64,000 bases of DNA from Octopus bimaculoides (GCF_001194135.2 NC_068988.1:44646216-44710215); one strand, 5' to 3'; counted from the first letter of the stretch, positions 50,126 through 63,381 are shown. Numbers and translations are program-made. Notes: a model not told the origin generated them from the sequence alone.

Positions 50126-51224
50126 TGATTTACAGAGGCGTAATTTTATCTATTAGCTGCGTTGAATTTTCGAAGAGCGGTGAAAATTATTTTTCGTTCT
50201 CTTCATTTCCTTCATTATTTTCCTATGAAAGGTTGTTATTGTTGTTTTGAAGAAATTATTCCTTCTCACCCGTTTTCGTTATTTTATGTTGAGTCTTCTT
50301 TTTACTGCGCATATTTTTTTCTCTTTTTATACCTTCCTAATTTCACCGATAGAACCATTTCATCAGCGACATTTATTTCTTTCTCACCACATAATGATGG
50401 TGTGGTACTACTTGTTAATACTGTTTGACGACTAAGCATTTATTCACCTACTTCTAATACTAGGCATAAAGGAATTTCACTAGCCTTTTCCAGAGTTTTA
50501 AGTGATCGTGTCCAGGACATTAGGGTTTGTTGTCTCAGTTATCTTCATTATTTTCGCTTTTCTTCTTTTCTTTTGTTTAATCTTTCCGGTACTTCAGAGC
50601 ATTCGGTGCTGAGGTGATTTTTCATTACAAGTGCAGCAACTGCAACTTCTTTTCTCTGCATTATTAATCTCATGCCTTTTGTCTCGGTGCCCTCTACGGA
50701 GTAGAGTTCCCATATGGCTCTCTGAGGTTCATGAGTCATTATGACGTGAAAATCAATTTTGATCTCCTCTAACACATATTACTTTTCGTTAGCCCTGCGT
50801 TGATCATTCGTCCATACTAAAATATAAAATTCACGCCGCCAGTACTATTGGTGTCAGGGCTATATTCTGATGCTGCGTCCTCGCTATTGGAGTTGCTGCA
50901 GTTGTTGTATTAGTTGGTAGTGATATCTTGGTAGTGGTATCTTGGTCTTCTGCATTCCACCACGACTTGAAGCCGCGCTTCGTTCGATAGCCCATTAAGA
51001 TGTGATTTCCAAGTTGAAGGAAAGAAGTATTGAGAATGGCCCAAAAGTAGCTGCAGGGTGCAAAAATAGCTAAAGTGAGGAAACGTGAGAAAGGGGCAAA
51101 AAGAACGTACAAAGCGAGAGAGAAAAGGGAGAGTCAATGAAAGCAAGTAAAACAAGGGAAACGGAAAAAGAGAGAAATGAGAAAGGGAAAGAGAGTGTAA
51201 ATGCTAATGACAACAAGCGAGAAA

Positions 51225-51305
51225 AACAAAGAGAGAGAGAGAGAGAGAGAAAGAGAAAGAGCGAGAGAGAGAGAGAGAGAGAGAAAGGGAGAGAGAGAGA
51301 GACAA

Positions 51306-51340
<35 letters not shown>

Positions 51341-51368
51341 AAAAGAGAGAGAGAGAAAGAGAGAGAGA

Positions 51369-51412
<44 letters not shown>

Positions 51413-51420
51413 TGGATGGA
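51225..51420. repeat. (GA)n microsatellite
   Basis: Direct inspection; source of the poly-ER ORFs. Confidence 0.95.
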
Positions 51421-52117
51421 TAGAGGGAGGAAAGAAAAAGAGAGAGAATCTTAATATTCCTTTATTTTGTATTTCTTACTGTGAATATTATCTAGGTTTC
51501 ATGCTTTCAAATTCATGTCCACCCTTCATGTTTGAATTGCGACGAAAGTTACTCTTTTTTTAAATTTTTCTTCGTGCTAGTATGCTTTTGGTGAGTTTAT
51601 TCTTTTCGTGCCGACTCAGAAAGCTTCAATCTTTTTTTAATGTTGAATTATATTGCGTGTCATTCCGTTATTTTCCCTTTCACTCGTATATTTTCCCCAG
51701 TGTTAGACATGTTTTTGTATTGTTAGTATTGTGCATCACCTCAGTGATATTTACAGCCTCTGGCACAATCAGATGAGTAGTATCTTGAGATTAAAGTCTT
51801 CAGACTTCCAAACATACCAAAACTATGCTGATTCTGTTCCCCATGGTTGACGAAGGATTTTCCAATTTAATTGTCATTTTCTATCATTTTTGTAGCTCAC
51901 TTTGAATTTTATTCTCTCTTTTTCCCTCTCTCAATTATACATACATACATACATACATACATACATACATACATACACAGATGAAATCGAGAGATTCTCA
52001 ATATAGAAGACAGTAGTGCTAAAATGATTTAAACTTAGACTCCGATGTCTTTACAGGGGTTTAATTCCAAAGGGTAAAAAAAAGGCTTTAAGAGGGATCA
52101 AGTTGAGCAGATATAGA

Positions 52118-52668
52118 GGCAATTATGCGTATAAACAAATTAGATATATTAAATATAAGAGTTTGGGTACGAAATACAAAATATGTATATATGTATACAT
52201 GCAAAAAGAGAGAAAGCAAAAAATAAAGACTTTATGATGATTCATATTTAAGTATAGATGTATAAATATTTATATTAAAGATCCGACTTACACAGAGTAC
52301 AAACGATAGAAAAAAATTAAAGAGGGGCGGAGAATTGTGTTATAAGTCCAACAGCTGTTTCGAGCCCCCTGAAACAGCTGTTGGACTTATAACACCTATT
52401 TTCCTCCCTTTTAATATTCTCTGTCATTTGCACTCAGTAAATTGCACCCACTAATATAAATATCTATATATTTATTCTTAAATATTCATCGTCTGAAAGC
52501 CTTCACTTTTTGCTTTCTCTTGTTTTGCATGCATACATTCTTTTACTTTTACTTGTTTCAATTATTTGACTGCGGCCACGTTGGAGCACCGCCTTATATA
52601 CATATTTTGTATTTCATACCCAAACTGTTATATTTAATATATCTAATTTGTTTATCCACATAAATGCC
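52118..52668. repeat. Long inverted repeat (head-to-head copies of a Penelope-type end) with a perfect 25-bp core
   Basis: GTGTTATAAGTCCAACAGCTGTTTC (52337-52361) and GAAACAGCTGTTGGACTTATAACAC (52371-52395). The outer arms align imperfectly; a SINE A tail fragment sits in the right arm (52538-52594). Confidence 0.85.
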
Positions 52669-52951
52669 CACATACATACATGCATGCATGCATACATACA
52701 TACATACATACATACATACATACGTACGTACGTAACTCCAACAACTCAGCAGTTAAATGAATAGACAGTGACAAAATAAATAACAAGCTGAAATACACAT
52801 CCTGGCTCTCAATATGATCAAACTAAACTCCTTGAAGATGGTATACTGNNNNNNNNNNATACACATCCTGGCTCTCAATATGATCAAACTAAACTCCTTG
52901 AAGATGGTATACTGGCATAGCTACAGTTAAAATACTAAAACCAGTAAAAGA

Positions 52952-53033
<82 letters not shown>

Positions 53034-53631
53034 ACCGTGTATACACACACACATACATACAGATATACATACAGATACATGCATATATATACCGTACAAG
53101 CATTATTCTCATGAACATTTACACCTTAAATATAAATGTACCTAGTTATACATATTTTTTTCTAATATATAAACACTCTGTCCTATATTGGAGAAATGTA
53201 CAAAATAGTAGTGTATCACATCTTAATTAAATGCACATTGAATCAGTTCGTAAATAAATAAGTATATCGCTAGCAAATTGAAAAAAGGACAAGAGCAAAT
53301 CTATGAACTGTTACACATTCATATCCAGGTGACGAGCAGCAGACAGAAAACATTTTTCAAACTTCTATTTTATATGTATGCAGCACACACAATTACACAC
53401 ATCGTACGCTTATACACATAAATATATATACATACCCTCACACGTATATGTTGTGTGTATTTTTATATATACTGGCACACAAATCAACAGACATATCAAA
53501 GGATATGTATACATACATAAACACACACACACACACACATACAGGGGCACACGCATACGTATACAGCGACTGTTTCTATTCACGGACGTATGGTGTATAT
53601 ATATCCATTAATCTCTCTCTCTCTCTTCTCT

Positions 53632-53706
<75 letters not shown>

Positions 53707-54064
53707 GTGTGTATGTATGTGTGTGTGTGTGTGTGCTTTAACCACAAGAATGTGTCCTATAAAACACATTCTGTTTCAGCGAAGGACAATGACTGCTTAG
53801 GGTTGTGATCCCAGCTTGTTATATACACAAAGTAGTTATATACAGATATGGGGTTGTGGGTGAGAGGTTGTGGGTTAGAGTTTTGAAAGGAGCAGTGTTG
53901 AAGACGGAGGTATTGAAAATGGCAAAGTTGGTGGTGGTAGTTTGGTTTATATAGAAAGTGATTTGTTTTAAAGAAACAATTTCACTGTCATAGTTACTCT
54001 TTTAAAAAATACTCCAATAGATCTTATCAAATCTCTTCGACTATCGTTATTGATGATCTAAAAG

Positions 54065-54300
54065 ACAAAACCGCATCTACCACCTATAGAATAAAACCAA
54101 ATCTGTATTTTAGAATCATCAGTAGAAAATCACTTTTCAGAGCTAGCTCTCATTCCCGAATTTGAAAACGATGCAACTTGAGCCTGCTAAAAAGCTTGGA
54201 AATCATAATGTTGAAAGATATTCTCTTGCACAGAATCACCAGACGAACTCCTTCAAGCGTTTACAGAACTTGTAAGACATACGCAAGTTTCCATCACATG
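54065..54300 (+). repeat. ~230-bp direct repeat, copy 1 (copy 2 at 55270-55470)
   Basis: CTACCACCTATA..AAAACCAAATCTG...TTCAGAGCTAGCTC...CTTGGAAATCATAATGTTG.AAGATATTCTC...GAACTCCTTCAAGC...GTAAGACATAC.CAAGTTTC in both. Confidence 0.85.
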
Positions 54301-54874
54301 TGATGGAATGGCGTGCAAAGTTGAGATAATGACTCAAGAGAATAAGCCAAACATTTCATTGCTGTTTAACATTTATAACACAACCTGTAGATCAGGGTTC
54401 TGAACCATGTTTCTTTACCTATGGAACCCTTTGACGACTATTTTACTCTGGTGGACCCTGCTAGTCATTCTGTTTTGGTGAATTTCTCGAGTCACCATCT
54501 CACCCTTACACGTTTTTTATTCAGGTCTGAAAGGATGCATAATACAACCTGTACTGTGAATCTCAATTGGTTGAGATTGGTTGATCAACCATGTCAAAAG
54601 TTGTTTGATTGATGATTGTATCTATGAAATTTTAAGTAATGTGGATAAAATCAACAACATATTTGACATGAAAAGGAGAAACAATCTCAAAAATCAAGAA
54701 CTCTCCAAAGTTGTTTTTAAGTAAAATGACAGAATTCATGACTACCTTCAGGCAACAAGTCTATCCTTTTCCTTAAGAGCATTTCAACTTTGGTAGATAA
54801 TCTTTCCTTCACATTCTGGATCTGCCTTTCATTACTATTTAACAATTATAACACATCCTCTACAGTAGATCTTC

Positions 54875-55215
54875 ATCATCATTCTTTAATGTCTGCTTTC
54901 CATACTAGCATTGGTTTGACGATTTGACTGAGGACTGGCAAGCCAGAAGGCTGCACCAGACTCCAATCTGATCTGGCAGAGTTTCTACAGCTGGATGCCC
55001 TTCCTAACGCCAACCACTCTGAGAGTGTAGTGGGTGCTTTTACGTGCCACCAGCACGAGGGCCAGTGACACGGTACTGGCAATGGCCACACTCAAAAAGG
55101 TGCTTTTTACATGCCACCTGCACGGGAGCCGGTCCAGTGGCACTGGCAACGACCCCACTTGAATGATTTTCTAACCTGCCACCAGCACAAGTGCTAGAAG
55201 GCAACGCTGGTAACG
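54875..55215 (-). mobile_element. RTE-type 3' tail (family D)
   Basis: CATCATCATTCTTTAATGTCTGCTTTCCAT...GGATGCCCTTCCTAACGCCAACCAC...GGTGCTTTTACGTGCCACC. Confidence 0.85.
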
Positions 55216-55269
55216 ATTGTTCCAAACTATTTTTTTTTACCTATGATCCCCTTTGATTATTATTTTACT

Positions 55270-55470
55270 CTACCACCTATAAAACAAAACCAAATCTGCA
55301 GAAAATCAGTGTTCAGAGCTAGCTCCCATTGTTGAAGTGGAAAACAGTACAACTTAAGCCTGCTAGAAAACTTGGAAATCATAATGTTGTAAGATATTCT
55401 CCTGCACGGAATCACTAGATGAACTCCTTCAAGCATTTATAGAACCTGTAAGACATACACAAGTTTCACC
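55270..55470 (+). repeat. ~200-bp direct repeat, copy 2
   Basis: Aligns to 54065-54300. Confidence 0.85.
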
Positions 55471-56497
55471 TTCTCAAAATACACCCTTGACTAGGCCCCA
55501 CATTTACAGCATCCCTCTTCCCTAGCCGTTCAATGTTTACAAACTAGTTTTATAGATATTTCTTTCAAAATACCTATTTTCTTATTCACATATTGACCTG
55601 CATAGGTTGAACTATATAAAATGTTCCAGAAAGAAACCTAGCAGTTTCTTGCGATTGATACATTTAAATCAAGAGCAGTTGCTGTATGAATGAGGTAGAT
55701 CCAGCCAACCCCATTAAAGGGGACAAACTTGGATTTAAAATATTGGAATCCATCATCATCCTCATATAGACATTTAAAATACAACTGTGCATCCCCAGTT
55801 TACTATGTGCTTGTGTGGACCCCAGAATCTTATATAAGCCTCCAAGGGGTCATAATGACATCAGTTGAGTATCATTGTGCTAGAGACTCATATAACTTTT
55901 GGTGCATGGTATTTGATATACTTGTATTTCTCTATGTTCTTCAAATACATGCTACTGGCCATTTTGAGTTATTTCTCTAAGCTCATATTTGTATGTATAC
56001 TCATATATATACACACCTGTACACATGCACACACATATATAAATATATGTGCACATTTATATGTGTGTGTGTCTAAATATAAATATATATGCATGTATGT
56101 ATAAATCTCCCCCGCATCTCTCGCCCTTTCTCTGTGTGTCTCTCTCTCTCTCTCGATATATATATATATATGTATGTATATATATATTTATATGTATGTC
56201 TATATAAACACATGTGCACATTCGTATACACACATGCACACGTATACATAAATACACATATAAAAGTCATGTATTTATTTAACTCCATACACAAGCAAAT
56301 ATATCATGCTCTGCGATTAAGGATATAAATCAAACACATTCTCAGTTTAATAAAGATCAGCACATGCCTCCACACTAAACCACACAAATTTATAACTTAA
56401 AACCAAATATAAGCACATGTGTATGTTTATGCATGTATGTGTGTATGTATGAATGTACAGGTACGTATACATGCATATATATACATACGTGTGTGTG

Positions 56498-56546
<49 letters not shown>

Positions 56547-57297
56547 ATATATATATANNNNNNNNNNNNNNNNNNNNNNNNNNNNNNNNNNNNNNNNNNN
56601 NNNNNNNNNNNNNNNNNNNNNNNNNNNNNNNNNNNNNNNNNNNNNNNNNNNNNNNNNNNNNNNNNNNNNNNNNNNNNNNNNNNNNNNNNNNNNNNNNNNN
56701 NNNNNNNNNNNNNNNNNNNNNNNNNNNNNNNNNNNNNNNNNNNNNNNNNNNNNNNNNNNNNNNNNNNNNNNNNNNNNNNNNNNNNNNNNNNNNNNNNNNN
56801 NNNNNNNNNNNNNNNNNNNNNNNNNNNNNNNNNNNNNNNNNNNNNNNNNNNNNNNNNNNNNNNNNNNNNNNNNNNNNNNNNNNNNNNNNNNNNNNNNNNN
56901 NNNNNNNNNNNNNNNNNNNNNNNNNNNNNNNNNNNNNNNNNNNNNNNNNNNNNNNNNNNNNNNNNNNNNNNNNNNNNNNNNNNNNNNNNNNNNNNNNNNN
57001 NNNNNNNNNNNNNNNNNNNNNNNNNNNNNNNNNNNNNNNNNNNNNNNNNNNNNNNNNNNNNNNNNNNNNNNNNNNNNNNNNNNNNNNNNNNNNNNNNNNN
57101 NNNNNNNNNNNNNNNNNNNNNNNNNNNNNNNNNNNNNNNNNNNNNNNNNNNNNNNNNNNNNNNNNNNNNNNNNNNNNNNNNNNNNNNNNNNNNNNNNNNN
57201 NNNNNNNNNNNNNNNNNNNNNNNNATATATATATATATATTTATATATTTATATATACATACATACATACATACATGCATATTTATATTTACATACA

Positions 57298-57353
<56 letters not shown>

Positions 57354-57619
57354 TATATGTGTATTATATGCATTGATAAATGTAATTCTGAAGATGCAAA
57401 TCAAAAATACCTCCTGATGTATATATTAGTGTATATAATGAATAAAGTGCACAGCATTAAAAATGGAGCTATTACAAATGTATCAGATTGCAAAACATGC
57501 CATAAGACATATACATATAAGAAATGTAAATACATATTCATATATCAGTTCATACATGTGCACAAGCATAACTACATACACAAGTATACATGTACATGAT
57601 ACACACACACACACAAATT

Positions 57620-57682
<63 letters not shown>

Positions 57683-57752
57683 NNNNNNNNNNTATACGTG
57701 TGTGTGTATGAATGTATGTAACGTATGTATGTATGTATGCAAATAAGTATAT

Positions 57753-57794
<42 letters not shown>

Positions 57795-57970
57795 GTATGT
57801 ATGTATATATATATATGTATATGCATATATATATGTGTGTATGTATATATCTATATATATATATATGTATATAATGTTGCTTGTGTGTATGTGATTAAAT
57901 ATAGACACATATATTATTTATGTGCTAATATAAGTAAATATAAGTGCATATATATGAGTAAACGTATATA

Positions 57971-58008
<38 letters not shown>

Positions 58009-58039
58009 CACATATATGTATGTACATATGCATACATAT

Positions 58040-58076
<37 letters not shown>

Positions 58077-58930
58077 CATATGCACATGCATCGAATGAAG
58101 ACACCTAATAATTCACATATCAGAAAACTGTAGTACCAACACCCACCACTTTTATCATTGCTGCTGCACCAATCACATATCTTACCTCACCATGTCTCTC
58201 TTTCTCTCTCCCCCTCTCCCTCCATCTCCCCCTCTCTCTCTTTCTCTCATCACCTGTAACCAACATTAAAAGAAAAAGTGAGTATACTCGTACAGTATTC
58301 GAATCCGGTCGATAAGATTTTGAAATCAAATAAAGTTGTGACTCATTCACACTTCACTACATTGCTCTTTATTTTGTCCATTTTTTTTTTTAATTGATGA
58401 TGCAAAACTCTGTAAGAATTTGATCTATGTGAAAACCTTTAACAGAATTATAATACTGGGCAGTATAGAGCTTAGAGGTTGATAATTTTTTTTACGATAT
58501 TGAAACTAGTACTATTGGTTAGTGGACTGTATCAGCAATGAGTGCAGTATGTTTTTTAATACATAGAAGATATCCAATGAATGTTTGATTCTGCCAGTGT
58601 ATATTTACTTATATGTAGATAGATATTGTGTCATGTTTTAGTCAGTAAGCTGGAAGTTCATAGAGATATCATGTATCTTATGAGATGAGTCTGTCTATCT
58701 ACCCATCCTTCTATATTTACATGTATGCACTTACAAATACACACATGAGCATAAATGTAACTCTGTGATTAAGAAGTTTGTTTGATAACCATGAAATTCT
58801 TGGTTCAGTCCCACTGTGCATCCTTTTGTACAAGTGTCTTCTACTATAAGCCAGACTGAATAAAGCTTTATGCATGGATTTATTACAGAGAACCTAAAAT
58901 GTCTGTAGCATGTATGTATGTATGTATGTC

Positions 58931-59301
58931 ATTATTGCCTCCACTTTAGCAAAGGCAGAAGTATTGTTTTCAGTCGCATTTGTTTGTTTGTTCGTGGACA
59001 AGATATCTCAAGAACTGCTGGATAGATTCAGATGAAACTTTCAGGGATGTTTGGTCTCATGACTAGCATGAAGTGATTAGATTTTGTGATTGTTCTGGTA
59101 CCGGACAAGGATTCTGGATTAGTTTTCTTACTATTTTTATTTAATTTTTGAGAGCGGTCGGATTCATTTTTAGTATTCTTGTTTGTGAGAGCAGTCGAGT
59201 TATTTTCAAATATTCTTATTTTAAAAATCATCTCCAGCTAATCGTTGCGAGGACATTGGTGTTGTATTAGCAGAGGCTTGCACACTTCGAATGCTCTTGT
59301 T
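58931..59301 (+). mobile_element. DINE-1/HINE-like (Helentron-associated) non-autonomous element
   Basis: 5' TTGCCTCCAC sub-TIR, (TTTG)n, ...GATGAAACTTTCAGG...GATTAGATTTTG..., 3' sub-TIR AGCAGAGGC, then the short hairpin GCACACTTCGAATGC and a T-rich end. Confidence 0.6.
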
Positions 59302-59497
59302 CAGTTTTATTTAAAGATTTCTTGCCAATAGAGAAGGAGCTGGTTTCTAATCTGGATCTAAGGCTCCTTCATTGGAATTTCAACATCAACAGAATATTTT
59401 TGTATGTATGTATTTGTGCAGTATTTGGAGTTAATACATCAGCAGATTTGTACGAATGTACTTACATATGTATGTATGTATGTATGTATGTACGTAC

Positions 59498-59528
<31 letters not shown>

Positions 59529-59535
59529 TGTATGT

Positions 59536-59661
59536 AGTGAAGGCACATGGCTCAGTGGTTAGAGTATTGAGCTTACGATCGTGAGGTTGTGAGTTTGAAT
59601 TCCGGACGGGGCTGCATATTGTGTTCTTGAGCAAGACACTTTATCGCATGTTGCTCCAGTT
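59536..59661 (+). mobile_element. SINE family C 5' part
   Basis: GTGAAGGCACATGGCTCAGTGGTTAGAG...GAGTTTGAATTCC...TTGAGCAAGACACTTTAT...GTTGCTCCAG. Confidence 0.8.
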
Positions 59662-60471
59662 GAAGTGAATCTACAGGATTTTGTGTGCTTTTAAATGGCT
59701 TATAAACACCTTCCATGCTGCAATTGTTTCTGTTCCAGCACATGATCTCAGATCAAGTTACTTGCTATGTAAGTACATCTCTAGAATCATATTTGTCATT
59801 TATTTAATAAGAGTAAAACACTTCGTTTTACATTGTTTCAGTCCATCAGAGTGAATGTTGTGATCTTGGTCAATTGTATGTCATGGAAACTGAGAACAAA
59901 CCTTATGAGTTCTAGAGCTTAAGACAAGCCTTTAGGCTTTTTGGACCTTTACTAAAATTTAGGTTGATCATGACTGGAATGTCTTTTATCATAGGTGTGT
60001 TAGATCATCCTGACTTGAAGCTAAACAACAACTCCAACAGTGATGAAACCAACACCAACAACATCAACAATGACAACAACAACAACGACAACAACAACAA
60101 CAGCTAGTCTGTTGAACTGTGCAGTGTTTGATCATTCTTGATCAGAGGCAACCATCTGTGTGATATGTGACATGCTGAATTAATATAACGATATAAGATT
60201 ATGAAGATAGTATTTTAAAGCTGTTGTATATATAAATTTAGAACTAAATCACTATATTTATGTCAGGGTTTGATATGAATTTTTCACAATCAATTAGCTA
60301 CAATATTAAGTGGTCATAAAGTAGATATAGTCGTTAGTGGTTGATAGTCATAAAGCTGATATGGATATTTATGTAAGCAAAGAGCTGATATTAGGTAAGT
60401 TGGTTAACTAAATCAGATTGTAATAAAGATAGAAATGTCATACACATATAATTGTGTATGTATGTGTACAA

Positions 60472-60517
<46 letters not shown>

Positions 60518-60631
60518 TAAATATATACTTTTATAAAACAAATTTTACAAAATATATAGTATCTGTTAACAGTCTTAGCCAAAAACTCACAGTTGAGTTT
60601 TTGTATATATATATGTATACATGTCTCTTAA

Positions 60632-60782
60632 AGGATAGAGCTCAAAATCAATGCATTGAAGATACTTTATTGCAGCAACCCTATTGAAATGTGCATAGGT
60701 TTGGCTTATTGTGGTTGTTTCTGTTATTATAATTGTTGCTGCAATAAAGTATCTTCAATGCATTGATTTTGAACTCTATCCT
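60632..60782. mobile_element. TTAA-flanked MITE with 48-bp TIRs (Kolobok-type termini AGG...CCT)
   Basis: TTAA at 60628-60631 and 60783-60786. The arms 60627-60679 and 60735-60787 are reverse complements with 1 mismatch. Confidence 0.65.
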
Positions 60783-61179
60783 TTAAGNNNNNNNNNNNNN
60801 NNNNNNNNNNNNNNNNNNNNNNNNNNNNNNNNNNNNNNNNNNNNNNNNNNNNNNNNNNNNNNNNNNNNNNNNNNNNNNNNNNNNNNNNNNNNNNNNNNNN
60901 NNNNNNNNNNNNNNNNNNNNNNNNNNNNNNNNNNNNNNNNNNNNNNNNNNNNNNNNNNNNNNNNNNNNNNNNNNNNNNNNNNNNNNNNNNNNNNNNNNNN
61001 NNNNNNNNNNNNNNNNNNNNNNNNNNNNNNNNNNNNNNNNNNNNNNNNNNNNNNNNNNNNNNNNNNNNNNNNNNNNNNNNNNNNNNNNNNNNNNNNNNNN
61101 NNNNNNNNNATATATATATATATACATACATGCATACATTCATATGTATATCTATATCTGTATCTATCTATCGATCTAC

Positions 61180-61215
<36 letters not shown>

Positions 61216-61236
61216 ACATACATACATACATACATA

Positions 61237-62125
61237 CAGGGTGCAATCTACAGTTTTAATTTCACGCATGTGCATTGTTAGTTTTTGATTTTGTTGACTA
61301 TACAGTATAGCAGGTGTTGTTGGGCACCATCTGTGAGAATAGTAGCACCATGAAAAAATTCACTCTTCCAGAAATTTGGAAATGACGTGCTGTACTGCTT
61401 GGCATTTGTGCCGGAAGCTCCAATACAAGCATTTCAATGTGTTTGGGTGTCAATCTGAGGACAGTGCAGTCTGATGACGGTGCAATCTGAGGACATGTAC
61501 CGAGAATGATAAAAATCAAACATGTTGTCACCATCATGGTGTTTGGAGTGATCACTAGTGATGGTGATGTTATGCCTCTATTCATATCCCCACATGGCCT
61601 CAGACTCAACACAGAGGCCTAGATCAAGTGCCTGGAGTTGGTAGTACTACCCTGGGTTAAGAGGATGGCTGCTGGAAGACCCTATGTATGGCAACAGGAC
61701 TCTGCACCATGCCACACAAGCAGGAGAACCCAGTCATGGCTGTCAGATAACTTCTGCAACTGCCCCCCACCTCAAACATCTGGCCACCAAACTCCCAAGA
61801 CTGCAACCCCCTTGATTATTATGTGTGGGACACAATTGAGTGAGAGACCAACAAAGTTCCTTATAACACCAAAGATGAACTGAAGGCAAGAATTATGACA
61901 ACATTCACCAACTTAAACAAGGAGACCATCAAGAAGAGTTGTAAGAGAAACCGAAATTGTACGGAGGATGTCATTGAAGCCAATGGTGATTTTATTGAAT
62001 ATATTTACTCTTTAGTATTTGAAGATATTTTTATGTAATTTTGGCAAATATATCTGTTAAAATGAGATGTCAATGTTATTTTTATTTTTGCTTAATTTAG
62101 ACAACAGTTTATTCACCACACCCTG
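61237..62125 (+). mobile_element. maT (DD37D) Tc1/mariner-superfamily transposon, internally deleted
   Basis: TA|CAGGGTG start and CACCCTG end. Relic IMVFGVITSDG...VWQQDSAPCHTSRRTQSWLSDNF...IWPPNSQDCNPLDYYVW...IEANGDFIE; about 37 residues between the second and third D, allowing for a frameshift. Confidence 0.85.
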
Positions 62126-62140
62126 CATATGTATATTCAC

Positions 62141-62180
<40 letters not shown>

Positions 62181-62886
62181 GAAAGTATTAATTTCGAAAC
62201 ATGTTTACAGATAATTGTATTTTTTTATGTAATTTTCACTGGTCTTACCCGTTCACGTTTTTGTTACTTTGCTAAATTCCCTTTGAGAATTATTCGGTCT
62301 TAGTAGACACATGACATGTGATCTTCTTCTAGCACATTAGCAGTCCACCTAGTGGCCTCCTTTATATATATTTTTATATATACATATACAATAATCCTTT
62401 GAGATCTCAGATATTTTTTTCTCTGAATCTCACTGATTCTTTTAATGTGCTTGTTCCCTGGTATTAAATTGATATTAATTAATATCCAATTTTTTACCCT
62501 ATTGTCTAATTATATAGATAGATAGATAGATATCTATATTTATATCTATATCTATATCTATATANNNNNNNNNNNNNNNNNNNNNNNNNNNNNNNNNNNN
62601 NNNNNNNNNNNNNNNNNNNNNNNNNNNNNNNNNNNNNNNNNNNNNNNNNNNNNNNNNNNNNNNNNNNNNNNNNNNNNNNNNNNNNNNNNNNNNNNNNNNN
62701 NNNNNNNNNNNNNNNNNNNNNNNNNNNNNNNNNNNNNNNNNNNNNNNNNNNNNNNNNNNNNNNNNNNNNNNNNNNNNNNNNNNNNNNNNNNNNNNNNNNN
62801 NNNNNNNNNNNNNNNNNNNNNNNNNNNNNNNNNNNNNNNNNNNNNNNNNNNNNNNNNNNNNNNNNNNNNNNNNNNNNNNNNNNNNN

Positions 62887-62919
<33 letters not shown>

Positions 62920-63337
62920 ATGCTTTTTATACATGCATATGATGATGACAATGATGATAATGATATTAATCATCATGCTAAATATTCATATGGGAGTGTA
63001 TGTATGTGTATGCATGTAAATATATATGCATGTATGTTATTTATGTTATTTGCATGCATGTCTGTGTGTGCATGCATATACATGAATATAGTTTGAGTAT
63101 ATATGTGTTGAATATAACATTGAAACTGATCTAATCTGAGGTATATTATAGGAAAGTGTTCAATAAATAGTTAACATTAAGTTAAGATATTAAGAGCTCT
63201 GATATTAATCTGCATTATTAATATGGAAATGTATCAGAAAACTCAGATAAATATCAGATCAAACAAACTTCATGTGAAATACCTATTTAATGATAAGATA
63301 GGTCCTAGTTCACCTAACTGATATACATGTAATTATG

Positions 63338-63381
<44 letters not shown>

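Noticed and set aside
52793-52915. Exact 56-bp direct repeat flanking a 10-N gap
   Set aside because: Identical sequence on both sides of a minimal gap indicates unmerged overlapping contig ends.
557-59661. tRNA-like sequences
   Set aside because: All are SINE heads: A and B boxes are present but there is no complete cloverleaf, and each continues into a shared SINE body.
877-62976. Long ORFs of 100-390 aa containing X runs
   Set aside because: They span N gaps and TA/CA microsatellites; artefacts of the absence of stops in N.
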